64,000 nucleotides of DNA from Bacilli bacterium (GTDB taxonomy: Bacteria; Bacillota_I; Bacilli_A; RFN20; CAG-826). Numbering within the stretch: position 1 is the first letter of the stretch; each line of letters begins with the position of its first letter. A program made the translations under genes and the position numbers. The notes beneath the pieces are model-generated. The model made no database searches. It saw only the letters and a list, made by a program, of their open reading frames with translations, and was not told where the DNA came from. Positions 39,732-49,425 of the stretch are shown here, piece after piece. Location of the stretch: the NCBI GenBank assembly GCA_045628045.1, contig JAZQOV010000003.1:32001-96000 (forward strand), in the 5' to 3' direction.

Positions 39732-41563
39732 TATTCTTTTTCAACCATTTCGTATGCTTCGATAACATCTAATTCCTTCAAATCATTGAAGTTTTCAATT
39801 GTAAGTCCGCATTCGAATCCTTCTTTAACTTCTTTGGCATCATCTTTGAATCTCTTTAGAGATCCAAGTTTGCCTTCATAAACAATAACACCATCTCTTA
39901 AAACACGAACGAGAGCTGCTGCTTTTATGCATCCAGAAGTAACGTATGAACCTGCGACAGTACCAACTTTAGAAATCTTAATCAAACTTCTAACTTCAGC
40001 TTGTCCAAGAATAGATTCAACCTTTTCCTTCTTATACATACCTTTTATCGCAGCTTCCATTTCTTCAATTAAAGCGTAGATAATACGGTGTAATCTAATT
40101 TCAACTCCTGCTTCTTCAGCTTTAGCTGAAACCATTGCAGTAGGACGGACATTAAAGCCATAAATAATAGCTCCTGATGCGCTTGCAAGCATAACGTCGT
40201 TATTTGTAATTGCACCCGCTGAAGAGTGAATAACATTAATATGAACTTGGTCATTTGAAAGTTTATCAAGGGAAGCTTTAACTGCTTCTGCTGAACCTGT
40301 TGTATCAGCTTTTAAGACAATGTTAACGTCTTGAACTTCACCATTACTTTCAGTAATTCTTGAATAAATCTTTTCAAGAGAGGCTGCTGCCTGAGCACTT
40401 TGATCTTCGGCTTTCTTAGCCATTGCACGCTTTTCAGCAATTTCTTTAGCTTGTTTTTCAGTTGGGAATGCCATGAATTTATCACCAGCATTTGGAACTT
40501 CGCTTAAACCAATAACAGAAACTGGAGTAGAAGGTTTTGCTTCTTTAACAATTTTCTTGTATTCGTTAGTCATTCTACGGATTTTTCCATAAGCAGTTCC
40601 AACAACAACATAGTCTTGGAAAGTTAGAGTTCCGTTTTCAACTAAAAGAGTTGCTTTTGGGCCTTCACCTTTATCAAGATTTGCTTCAATAACTGTACCG
40701 ATAGCGTATCTATTTGGGTTAGCTTTAAGTTCTTGCATATCTGCCACTAAAATAATGGCTTCAAGAAGTTCTTTAATGCCTTTATTTTGTTTTGCAGAGA
40801 TTTCACAAACGATGTTTTCTCCACCGTATTCTTCAGCAATAATGTCATAAGACATTAATTCCGTCTTAACTCTACTAGGATCAGCTCCTTCTTTATCCAT
40901 TTTGTTGATTGCAACAATAATTGGAACGCCTGCTGCTTTTGCGTGGTCAATAGCTTCAATTGTTTGAGGCATAACACCATCATCTGCAGCGACAACAAGA
41001 ACAACAATATCAGTAACTGCTGCACCACGTTGTCTCATAGCAGTAAATGCTTCATGGCCCGGAGTGTCTAAGAATGTGATCTTTTGGCCATTAATTTCTT
41101 TTTGGTAAGCGCCAATTGCTTGAGAAATACCGCCAACTTCACTATCAGTTAAGTGAGAAGATCTGATTGCGTCAATAAGGGTTGTTTTACCATGGTCAAC
41201 GTGACCCATAATTGTGACAATCGGAGCCCTTGGGAGTAAATCTTCAGGTTTATCAACGATTTCAACTTCTTCGAAGTTTTCTTCGCTAACAATTTTCTCT
41301 TTCTTAAAATCGTAGCCAAATTGTAAACAAATTAGCCCGATCATTTCATCATCGAGAGTTTGGTTAATTGTGACCATCATTTTCTTTTCTATGAAAAGAA
41401 ATTTAATGATATCATTAACTTGAATATTAAGTTCCTTAGCAAGTTCACCAACAGTCATGTTACGAGTGAAAACGAATACACCGTTGTTCACTTTGTTTGT
41501 AGCATCTTTTTTGGCTCCACCTGCAGGAATGTTTGCTTTTCTTTGGTCTTGATATTTTGCCAT
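39731..41563 (-). CDS. infB: Translation initiation factor IF-2
   Basis: [22 protein letters not shown] and SLKRFKDD. Confidence 0.98.
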   Translation of the reverse strand: MAKYQDQRKANIPAGGAKKDATNKVNNGVFVFTRNMTVGELAKELNIQVNDIIKFLFIEKKMMVTINQTLDDEMIGLICLQFGYDFKKEKIVSEENFEEVEIVDKPEDLLPRAPIVTIMGHVDHGKTTLIDAIRSSHLTDSEVGGISQAIGAYQKEINGQKITFLDTPGHEAFTAMRQRGAAVTDIVVLVVAADDGVMPQTIEAIDHAKAAGVPIIVAINKMDKEGADPSRVKTELMSYDIIAEEYGGENIVCEISAKQNKGIKELLEAIILVADMQELKANPNRYAIGTVIEANLDKGEGPKATLLVENGTLTFQDYVVVGTAYGKIRRMTNEYKKIVKEAKPSTPVSVIGLSEVPNAGDKFMAFPTEKQAKEIAEKRAMAKKAEDQSAQAAASLEKIYSRITESNGEVQDVNIVLKADTTGSAEAVKASLDKLSNDQVHINVIHSSAGAITNNDVMLASASGAIIYGFNVRPTAMVSAKAEEAGVEIRLHRIIYALIEEMEAAIKGMYKKEKVESILGQAEVRSLIKISKVGTVAGSYVTSGCIKAAALVRVLRDGVIVYEGKLGSLKRFKDDAKEVKEGFECGLTIENFNDLKELDVIEAYEMVEKE

Positions 41564-41613
41564 AACTTTTACCTCACTTTCTTTAATTAATATCTAGAGA
41601 AAATAACTAAAAG

Positions 41614-43275
41614 TTATTTATCATCATCATCGTAGTATTGATCGTATTCGTCGTAATCGATTTCCTCTTCGGATTCATCGAAATCTTCGTCCTCGTAATA
41701 CTCTTCTTCCTCTTTTGCGAGTTCAGCAAGTTCTTCATCAGTGTAAATTGCCATTTGAGGTTTGACTTCATCAGTCTTAATTTCTTCATGTGCAACTTCT
41801 TCTTCTTCGATCTTGCGTGGACGTTTAGAAGTCTTTTGTGTAGCTTTGAAGTTTTCTTTTTCTTTCTCACTATCAAGAGCAGCTTCTAGAGCATCAATTG
41901 AGGTTGTTGTCTTAACAACAGTTGTTTTAACAACTGGTTTTTCTTCTGGAACTTCAACTGGTTTAACTTCTTCAACTGGAGTTTCAACTGGTTTAACTTC
42001 TTCAACCACTGGTTTAACTTCTTCATCAGTAATAACTTGTGGTTTATTCTTTTCAACACCGGCTTCTGTCTTAGTTGAAACAGCACGTTCTGATTTGATT
42101 TGTGAAAGATACTTCTCGTATTTTTCTTTTTGAATACGAAGTTTTTCTTCTTCTTGAATTGTTTCGATTGATTTAAGTTCAATTTCAACTTCGTCAGACA
42201 TGCTAACTTCTTTAATATCAATATGACAATCAGTTAACTTAGAAGCAACACGAACGTTTGCACCTTTTCTTCCGATTGCAAGTGATAATTGTCCATCTGG
42301 AACAATGGCAATTGCGTTCTTTTTGCCATTTTCATCGGTGTAGACACCGATTTTAAGAATTGTTGCTGGTCTTAATGCATCAATAATGAAAAGTGCATCA
42401 TTTGGAGAATATTGAATGATATCAATCTTTTCTTTATCTTTTGCGTTGCCAAGTTGAGCAACAATTTTTTGAATAGCAGAACCATTTGCACCAATACAGC
42501 ATGAAACTGGATCAACGTTCATATCATTGCTGTAAACAGCAAGTTTTGAACGAATACCTGCTTCACGAGCAAGGTTTTTAATAATTACAGTGCCATCATA
42601 AATTTCACGAACTTCTTCTTCAAAAAGTCTACGTAAAAATCCTGCATCGGCACGTGAAACACGAACCATTGGTGATTTTCCTGTTTCTGAACCTGTAACA
42701 CTGCTAACGTATAATCTAACTGGTTTTCCGGATTCCAACATTTCATCACCGATTAAGTCACGACGTGTTAAATAAAGTGAAGAACGACCAATGTTAACAA
42801 CTGCGCCTCTGTCATCACATTTTTCACAAATACCTGTAATCATTTCGCCAATTTTATCTTTGTATACTTCGTATAAAGACATCTTTTCGGCTTCTGCAAG
42901 TTTTTGTCTTAAAACTGATTTGACTGTTAAAGCAGTTAATCTAGCCATGTCATCTGGTGAAGTTTCTACAATGTATTCGTCACCAACAACATACTTTTTG
43001 CCTTTCTTTCCTTTGTTTGCGTCTTCAAGTGAGATTTCTAAAATATCATCTTCGACTTCTTCGACGATCTTACGAACATATTCCATTCTGATTTCAGCTG
43101 GTTGTTCAGTAATTGAAACTCTAATATCGACGCCTTCAACGATATAGCCATCACAGATTTGCTTTTCTAAAGCTTTTCTAAGAGCTTCTTTTAAGGCCTC
43201 AATAATTGCTTCTTTGCTAATTCCTTTTGCAGCAGCAATTTCATCAAGAGCTTCTAAGAATTTTGTTGCATCCAT
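41614..43275 (-). CDS. nusA: Transcription termination factor NusA with long acidic C-terminal extension
   Basis: AREAGIRSKLAV, CIG.NG and LSLAIGRKGANV. Confidence 0.95.
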   Translation of the reverse strand: MDATKFLEALDEIAAAKGISKEAIIEALKEALRKALEKQICDGYIVEGVDIRVSITEQPAEIRMEYVRKIVEEVEDDILEISLEDANKGKKGKKYVVGDEYIVETSPDDMARLTALTVKSVLRQKLAEAEKMSLYEVYKDKIGEMITGICEKCDDRGAVVNIGRSSLYLTRRDLIGDEMLESGKPVRLYVSSVTGSETGKSPMVRVSRADAGFLRRLFEEEVREIYDGTVIIKNLAREAGIRSKLAVYSNDMNVDPVSCCIGANGSAIQKIVAQLGNAKDKEKIDIIQYSPNDALFIIDALRPATILKIGVYTDENGKKNAIAIVPDGQLSLAIGRKGANVRVASKLTDCHIDIKEVSMSDEVEIELKSIETIQEEEKLRIQKEKYEKYLSQIKSERAVSTKTEAGVEKNKPQVITDEEVKPVVEEVKPVETPVEEVKPVEVPEEKPVVKTTVVKTTTSIDALEAALDSEKEKENFKATQKTSKRPRKIEEEEVAHEEIKTDEVKPQMAIYTDEELAELAKEEEEYYEDEDFDESEEEIDYDEYDQYYDDDDK

Positions 43276-43289
43276 ATTTTTATTCTCCT

Positions 43290-43754
43290 TTAAAATTTGA
43301 TTGCAAGACGTGCTTTATCAATAACTTTTCTTTCAATTTCGCATTTGATAAGACGTGTTTTTTCTTTATAAGAAATGATGATTTTGTCATCATTAACACT
43401 TTCAAGAGTACCTTCAATAATATTTAATCCTTTATAAGGATTTGTGAGATGAATGTTAACATACTTATTAACATATTTCTCAAGACGAGCGACATCTATT
43501 TTCTTTTCTGCACCAAATGTTGTGACATCAAGAACATAATTTGTCTTAATTAAATCAGCTTCATCAAGTATTGGGGAAATAAGATCATTGACCTTCATGA
43601 TTTTATCAAGATCAATTGGCTCATCATCCTTATCTACCATTACTCTAAGGTAATTTGTGCCAAATTCATTAACGTATTTGACATCAATTTCAGAGTAGCC
43701 TAAAGCCTTTAAAGGCTTTTCAATAAGGTTTTTGACTGTACTTTCAAGTGTCAT
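43290..43754 (-). CDS. rimP: Ribosome maturation factor RimP
   Basis: Y.LDVTT.GAEK and KARLAIKF; first gene of the nusA operon. Confidence 0.9.
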   Translation of the reverse strand: MTLESTVKNLIEKPLKALGYSEIDVKYVNEFGTNYLRVMVDKDDEPIDLDKIMKVNDLISPILDEADLIKTNYVLDVTTFGAEKKIDVARLEKYVNKYVNIHLTNPYKGLNIIEGTLESVNDDKIIISYKEKTRLIKCEIERKVIDKARLAIKF

Positions 43755-43775
43755 TTAAGTCTCCTTAATAAACTA

Positions 43776-43798
43776 AAGAGTGGCAACCTGCCACTCTT
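43776..43798 (-). promoter_or_regulatory. rimP leader hairpin
   Basis: AAGAGTGGCA/TGCCACTCTT perfect stem, like the AGAGTGG...CCACTCT hairpin typically found upstream of Bacillota rimP. Confidence 0.6.
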
Positions 43799-44017
43799 AA
43801 TCTTAAGAGTTACTCAGCAAACTGAGCATAATTAATATACATTAATAGATTTTGTGTTGCAACTATTTTATTGTAAAAGACCACAAAAATTGCGATAAAA
43901 ATTGCTCTTATTTATCAAAATATTTAAAAATTTTGATGGAAAAAGTTTATATTAACTTGCATAAATTAGAATATTTATTTATAATTTATCTCGCTTTTAT
44001 TAAAGGAGATTAACAAA

Positions 44018-44467
44018 ATGCGTAAATTCTTATTACCAATTATTAACTTAGTTAATGTTATTCTTGTATCAATTACATTTGGTCTTGCAAATAATCCAGG
44101 CGCAACTGATCCAGCAATGCATGATGCTGCACTTCCAAACTTCTATAACTTAGTTTGGGGTCACCAAGAAGTCACAAACATCTATGGTATTGTTGCATTC
44201 TTCTTATTTGTTGTTGCAGTTGCATTAACAGTTATTTGCTTCATTCCAGGTAAAGCACGTAAAGTTCTCGTTGCATTAACTGGACTTATGTACATTGGAG
44301 CAGGTGTCTTATTCTTACTCACCCCAGCACATTATTGCTATGGAAACGCTGAAACAGTTCTTGAACTCTCAGGTTCATTAATTGCAATGGCAGTCTTAGT
44401 ATTTGTTGCTGGCGCATTAAGCTTATTAATGTGTGTTGTTGAATCAACAGAAAAGAAAGCTAAATAA
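44018..44467 (+). CDS. Hypothetical 4-TM membrane protein
   Basis: AAGGAG RBS, four hydrophobic segments, followed by a terminator. Confidence 0.75.
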   Translation: MRKFLLPIINLVNVILVSITFGLANNPGATDPAMHDAALPNFYNLVWGHQEVTNIYGIVAFFLFVVAVALTVICFIPGKARKVLVALTGLMYIGAGVLFLLTPAHYCYGNAETVLELSGSLIAMAVLVFVAGALSLLMCVVESTEKKAK

Positions 44468-44485
44468 TTTATTATTTAAAAATAG

Positions 44486-44515
44486 AAAAGCTTCTCACTC
44501 GAGAAGCTTTTTTCT
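44486..44515. terminator. Bidirectional terminator
   Basis: AAAAGCTTCTC-actc-GAGAAGCTTTTT. Confidence 0.75.
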
Positions 44516-44769
44516 TATTTACTAGCGTTGTGCGCTTCGCGTACAGCGCACGCTAACTGATCTGCACACGAAGTATTCTTGTAACCGCATGTATTTCCTT
44601 TTAATATAGACTCTATTTTATCAACGCTCATTCCCTCAACAAGTTTAGAGATAGCTTTAAGGTTTCCATTGCATCCTCCAAGGAAACTAACATTTGTGAT
44701 GATGTCATTTTCAATATCAAATTCTATTTGTTGAGAACAAGTGCCTTGGCAACGATATTTATAATGCAT
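44515..44769 (-). CDS. TIGR03905-family TSCPD domain protein
   Basis: GTCSQQI.F...F.GGCNGNLK...C..KNTSCADQLA. Confidence 0.88.
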   Translation of the reverse strand: MHYKYRCQGTCSQQIEFDIENDIITNVSFLGGCNGNLKAISKLVEGMSVDKIESILKGNTCGYKNTSCADQLACAVREAHNASK

Positions 44770-45346
44770 GTTTATTACTCCTTGTCATTACCTTTCTTAA
44801 TTTGTCTATTGTTGGAGTTAAAAACGCAGTAATAGAAAACTCAAAAACAAAGTTCCAACCAATAACAAATAAAAATATAAATTTCATTATTTCAACAGAA
44901 TTTTCATTTAATGCTTTTATAGCATCTATCATTACAGTAAAAGCTCCAAGCGCAAATAAAGCAGTATTAATAACTGGAACAATGATAGATGCAACAATTG
45001 AAGCAATAAAAGTATTCTTTTTTGAGATTGCCTTATAACAATATCCTGCAACTAAACCAGCAATACTTGTTTTTAATAAACAAGTCAATAATGTACCTAA
45101 AGGTGCATTTGCAAAGAAAATAGATTGAGTTGAAGGAGATAACAAAACAACAAATCCGTTTGCAAAACCTAGAATTAAACCAGCAAATGGTCCGTATACA
45201 ATCGCGCCCAAAGCAATCGGAATCAATGATAGGTTAATATTTACTCCACCAGGAAAACTAATCAAATTTCCAACTACTTGAAGAATGATTTCAATTGCCA
45301 TTAATATGGCAATGCCAGTTATTTTTCTTACATCAGTGTTCTTCAT
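44759..45346 (-). CDS. ECF transporter S component (PanT-like)
   Basis: Hydrophobic, LSLIPIALGAIVYGP.AG and PVINT. Confidence 0.8.
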   Translation of the reverse strand: MKNTDVRKITGIAILMAIEIILQVVGNLISFPGGVNINLSLIPIALGAIVYGPFAGLILGFANGFVVLLSPSTQSIFFANAPLGTLLTCLLKTSIAGLVAGYCYKAISKKNTFIASIVASIIVPVINTALFALGAFTVMIDAIKALNENSVEIMKFIFLFVIGWNFVFEFSITAFLTPTIDKLRKVMTRSNKHAL

Positions 45347-46383
45347 TAATCTTCATCATTCTCGTCGTGAATTTCTCCAACGAGTTCCTCTAAAATATCT
45401 TCCATTGTAACAATGCCAACGACTTTATTCTCATCTTTAACAATTGCTAAATGTTGATGACTACTCTGTAGTTTCTTAAAAAGTCTTGAAATTTTATGAC
45501 CTGGTTTAGTGATAACAATATCGGTCATAATTATTTTGCTAAGATCTTTTTCACCTTTAACCATAAATTCAAAAAGATCTTTTTGGTGAACAATTCCATA
45601 TGCTGAGTCTAATTTGTTTGTTTTACAAACAACCATACGAGATCTATTAGTCTCTACAAATATTCTACATAATTGTTCTGGAGTTATATTTCCTTTAACA
45701 TGATCAACGTTTTTCGCACTAATCATAATGTCTTCAACTTTTGTATCACCATATTCTATGGTGTTTTGAATAATATCTTCTTCAATATCGTTTAAAACAC
45801 GAGCTTCGTTCATGTCTTCAACAAGCATTGAGAATTCTTCTTCAGTATAAGGAACATCATCCTTCTCAACATGAACAATTTTCTTAATGATCTTTTGTGC
45901 TCCTGCAAGAATCATGACAATTGGGAAGAAAATGTAGTAGAAAAAATAAAGTAAATGAACATTAAGTTTAGCGAAAAATTCTGGTTGTTGTTTACCTAAA
46001 GATTTCGGGGTTACTTCTCCTAAAATAAGAACAACTATTGTAATAACAATAGTAGCGAGAAGAGGACCCATTTCATCATAATATTTCACAAACACTACAG
46101 TAGCTAAAGAAGATGCTGCAATGTTAACTAAGTTATTACCAATTAAAATTGTTGAAATTAAGCGGTCATAATTCTCGCTTATTTTCATAACAAGTCTTGC
46201 TCTTTTATTTGTCTTCGCATGGTTTTCAATTCTAATTTTATTTAAGGAAGTAAATGCAGTTTCACTTAAAGAAAAGAATGCAGAAAGAGCAAGTAAGAAT
46301 AATAAGATGATTATGGCTATCCAAATAAAGAACGGTTTATCACTAAGTGAAGAATAAACTAAATAACAGGGATGAGTGTTCAT
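45346..46383 (-). CDS. CNNM/hemolysin-family (DUF21 + CBS) protein
   Basis: SAFFSLSETA, TILIGNNLVN, GEVTPK and GIVTMEDILEELVGEI.DE.D. Confidence 0.9.
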   Translation of the reverse strand: MNTHPCYLVYSSLSDKPFFIWIAIIILLFLLALSAFFSLSETAFTSLNKIRIENHAKTNKRARLVMKISENYDRLISTILIGNNLVNIAASSLATVVFVKYYDEMGPLLATIVITIVVLILGEVTPKSLGKQQPEFFAKLNVHLLYFFYYIFFPIVMILAGAQKIIKKIVHVEKDDVPYTEEEFSMLVEDMNEARVLNDIEEDIIQNTIEYGDTKVEDIMISAKNVDHVKGNITPEQLCRIFVETNRSRMVVCKTNKLDSAYGIVHQKDLFEFMVKGEKDLSKIIMTDIVITKPGHKISRLFKKLQSSHQHLAIVKDENKVVGIVTMEDILEELVGEIHDENDED

Positions 46384-46455
46384 ATTCTGTGATTATTTTA
46401 AATGATTTTTGTTATATTTTGTAGTGATTTTTTTAATAATCACTAATTTAAATGT

Positions 46456-46497
46456 AAAAAAAGAGATTCTGCTTATTTCATTATAAGTAGAATCCCT
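46456..46497 (-). terminator. Terminator of the small-ORF transcript
   Basis: Minus strand GGGATTCTACTTAT-aatga-AATAAGCAGAATCTC followed by a T-run. Confidence 0.7.
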
Positions 46498-46539
46498 ATT
46501 TGAGATTGTAATTCATTTTAATTTCCTTTTTCTCTTCAA

Positions 46540-46674
46540 TTAGAAGAATAATAATGCTTCATCAAAACCGGCATCAACGTTGTTAACATCTGTGACAAAT
46601 TCATCAGAGTTAATATTTTCAATTAAGTTTTCTTTACGAATCTCAAATTCTTCATCGTCATAGAATTTGAACAT
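46540..46674 (-). CDS. 44-aa acidic small protein
   Basis: Below the ORF-track cutoff. AAAGGAG RBS; MFKFYDDEEFEIRKENLIENINSDEFVTDVNNVDAGFDEALLFF; flanked by its own candidate promoter and terminator. Confidence 0.65.
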   Translation of the reverse strand: MFKFYDDEEFEIRKENLIENINSDEFVTDVNNVDAGFDEALLFF

Positions 46675-46884
46675 TTTGAATTTCTCCTTTCTTTTTTATA
46701 AAAAATCCCACAATTTAGGGGAGGGCCGGGGTTTAATTCCTTATCGGGTTTATAAGAAATTTTGAGGTATAGTTTATGCTTTGGAAAAATTATTGCAAGA
46801 AAAAAATGTAAAAATTTTCTGAAAGCAGTTCCAAAATATAAAAAAACCGTACAAATGTACGGTTTAATTTTAGAAAATTTTTAA

Positions 46885-48954
46885 TTAAATTTTCATTGCG
46901 ACATCCCATGCGCGCCAGATAACTGTACGTAAATTACCTACTGAATTACAGTCACCAACGAGATGGACGTGTCTACCTTTTTCAAATGCTGGGGTTGGTT
47001 TATAACCAATTGAAGCAACGACAGCACTTCCTTTAATCTTAAATTCTTTGCCATCTTTACCAACTGCGATAACTCCATCATCCAAAACTTCTTTAACACC
47101 AGTTTCAAGATAAACTGGAGTCTTCTTAAATTCGAAATAATCTCTTAAGAAGGATGAGTTTGCCAAGCAAACGCCACGAACAGCAATTAAATCATTCTTC
47201 ATTTCAATAATTGTTGGATGTTTACCTGCAAGTTCAAGATCATAAGCAATTTCACAACCAGTTAAGCCACCACCAATAATAATTGGGTTATCGCCAACTT
47301 TGTTGTTGCCATTGAGGTAATCAACAGCACCAATTACCTTTTCTCCGCCTTTAACTCTGAGAGTATTTGCAAGAGCACCAGTTGCAACAACAATTTCGTC
47401 AAATTTGCCTTCTTTTGCTACGCAACCTGGGCATTTAATTTCTTTACCAAAGACGACTTTAATTGCATCGTATTTCTTAATTTCACGTTTGTACCATTCA
47501 ATTAATCTACGATCGCTTTCTTTGAAAGTAGGAGCTGCTGCTGCAATAAAGACACCACCAAGTTCCTTACCTTTTTCAAAGATTGTTACTTTGTGCCCAC
47601 GTTTTGCAAGAACTAAAGCAGTTTCCATACCACCAATACCGCCGCCAACTACAGCAACATTCTTTGCTTTTTTGGTTGGAGTAATGTGATATTTACCACT
47701 TTGCATTGTTTCTGGATTTAAAGCACATCTTGCCATGTGAATTGCATCACCAAGAGCTTGATCATTTGCAACGCCTTTGTAGTGACACATATTAAAACAG
47801 CCGTTATGACATTGAATACATGGCTTAATATCTTCTGGTTTACCCTTCATTAACTTAGTTACCCATTCTGGGTCAACAAGGAATTGACGAGCAACGCCCA
47901 TACCATCAAGTTTGCCTGCTTTAATTGAATCTGCAGCAACATCTGCATCCATGTTACCAGCACAAACTACTGGAATATCAACGAATTTCTTGATGTGTTC
48001 AACATCTTTAAGGTTAACGTTACGTCCGATGTATCCTGGTGGGTGAGCCCAATACCAAGCATCATAAGTTCCGTTATCACAGTTGAGCATGTCATAGCCT
48101 GCATCTTGAAGGTATTTTGCAGCCTTTTCAGATTCAGCCATATCACGACCAACTTCAACATAATCTTCACCTGGAACAGCGCCTTTTCCGAAACCTTTGG
48201 TTTTGGAAACTACTGAATAACGAAGTGAAACTGGGAAGTCTTCACCACAAGCTTTTTTAATAGCCTTAACAATTTCAACTGGGAAACGATATCTATTTTC
48301 AAAGCTACCACCCCATTTATCTTTTCTGAGGTTTGAATACTTCATTGTGAATTGGTCAAGAAGGTAGCCTTCATGAACAGCGTGAACTTCAACACCATCA
48401 ACGCCAGCATCTTTACAAAGTTTTGCAGTCTTAGCAAATCCTTCGATAAGTTGTTCAATTTGTTTTTCGGTTAATGGTTTTGTTGTAACGTCTTCAGCCC
48501 ATCTATTTGGAGTTGCTGAAGGAGCTGCGTTAATCCAATTCATGTTAAAAATTGGTTTCATAACTGCACCTAAAACTTTGTTTGTGCAGCATTTTGCCAT
48601 AAGTGAATTAAGTGCCATTGAACGGCCAAATCCACCAGTTAATTGAACGAACAATTTTGCACCTGTTTTGTGAACTTCGTCCATAAAGACCTTAAGGTCT
48701 TTGTACATCTTCTTATTTGAATATAACCAACCACCCATCATTGGGTTTTTAATTGGAGCAATACCTGGGAGAATTAATCCAACGTTGTTTTTACATCTCT
48801 CTAAAATGAATTTTGCAGCTTCCTTATCAAAGTGAGCTGGTTCCATCCATCCAAAAAGTGATGTTCCACCCATGGAAGTCATAACAATTCTATTACGAAT
48901 TTCAACATCACGAATCTTCCAAGGAGTAAATAATGGTTCTAATTTCTTTTCCAT
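46885..48954 (-). CDS. NADH:flavin oxidoreductase, OYE-fold 2-enoate-reductase-like (FMN, 4Fe-4S, FAD)
   Basis: EVHAVHEGYLLDQF, WGGSFENRYRF, CIQCHNGC...C, and two Rossmann motifs GGGIGG and GGGLTG. Confidence 0.88.
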   Translation of the reverse strand: MEKKLEPLFTPWKIRDVEIRNRIVMTSMGGTSLFGWMEPAHFDKEAAKFILERCKNNVGLILPGIAPIKNPMMGGWLYSNKKMYKDLKVFMDEVHKTGAKLFVQLTGGFGRSMALNSLMAKCCTNKVLGAVMKPIFNMNWINAAPSATPNRWAEDVTTKPLTEKQIEQLIEGFAKTAKLCKDAGVDGVEVHAVHEGYLLDQFTMKYSNLRKDKWGGSFENRYRFPVEIVKAIKKACGEDFPVSLRYSVVSKTKGFGKGAVPGEDYVEVGRDMAESEKAAKYLQDAGYDMLNCDNGTYDAWYWAHPPGYIGRNVNLKDVEHIKKFVDIPVVCAGNMDADVAADSIKAGKLDGMGVARQFLVDPEWVTKLMKGKPEDIKPCIQCHNGCFNMCHYKGVANDQALGDAIHMARCALNPETMQSGKYHITPTKKAKNVAVVGGGIGGMETALVLAKRGHKVTIFEKGKELGGVFIAAAAPTFKESDRRLIEWYKREIKKYDAIKVVFGKEIKCPGCVAKEGKFDEIVVATGALANTLRVKGGEKVIGAVDYLNGNNKVGDNPIIIGGGLTGCEIAYDLELAGKHPTIIEMKNDLIAVRGVCLANSSFLRDYFEFKKTPVYLETGVKEVLDDGVIAVGKDGKEFKIKGSAVVASIGYKPTPAFEKGRHVHLVGDCNSVGNLRTVIWRAWDVAMKI

Positions 48955-48971
48955 TTAGAAATCTCCTTTAA

Positions 48972-49412
48972 TTAATAAACGATAACAGTTCCGTCTTCTT
49001 TAACTTCAACTTGTCCACCTGTTTTTGCGGCTTCTAAAATTTCTTTGCCAAGACGGTCAATGACAATAATGTCACTGCCTTCCCAAACAGTTGATAAGAC
49101 AGCACCTGCTGCTGCAAGTGAATCTATAGATTCACTAAATAACATACATGCTGGGTTAATCTTCATTGAACAAATAACTTGAAGAACCATTCCACCTGTA
49201 GTTGAACCAATTGTTTGAGGAAGTATTAAGGCAATACCTGTAATGTTTTTGCCATATAAATCTGGGTTATTTTGGTCACCAGCGATAACATGCTTTGCAT
49301 GTTTAATTGCAGAGCCTTGGAATGTTGCGAGTGTATTTAAACCACCATGGCTAACAACACATTCGCCTTTATAATGTCCGCCTGCTAAGACACGACCTTT
49401 GAATTCTTTCAT
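48972..49412 (-). CDS. Aconitase X small (swivel, DUF126) subunit
   Basis: FKGRVL..G...G, NPDLYGKNITG and LPQTIGSTTGG. Confidence 0.85.
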   Translation of the reverse strand: MKEFKGRVLAGGHYKGECVVSHGGLNTLATFQGSAIKHAKHVIAGDQNNPDLYGKNITGIALILPQTIGSTTGGMVLQVICSMKINPACMLFSESIDSLAAAGAVLSTVWEGSDIIVIDRLGKEILEAAKTGGQVEVKEDGTVIVY

Positions 49413-49425
49413 CTTGTGTGTCCTC

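Noticed and set aside
41950-42025. Tandem GGTTTAACTTCTTC repeats
   Set aside because: They simply encode the EEVKPV low-complexity linker of NusA.
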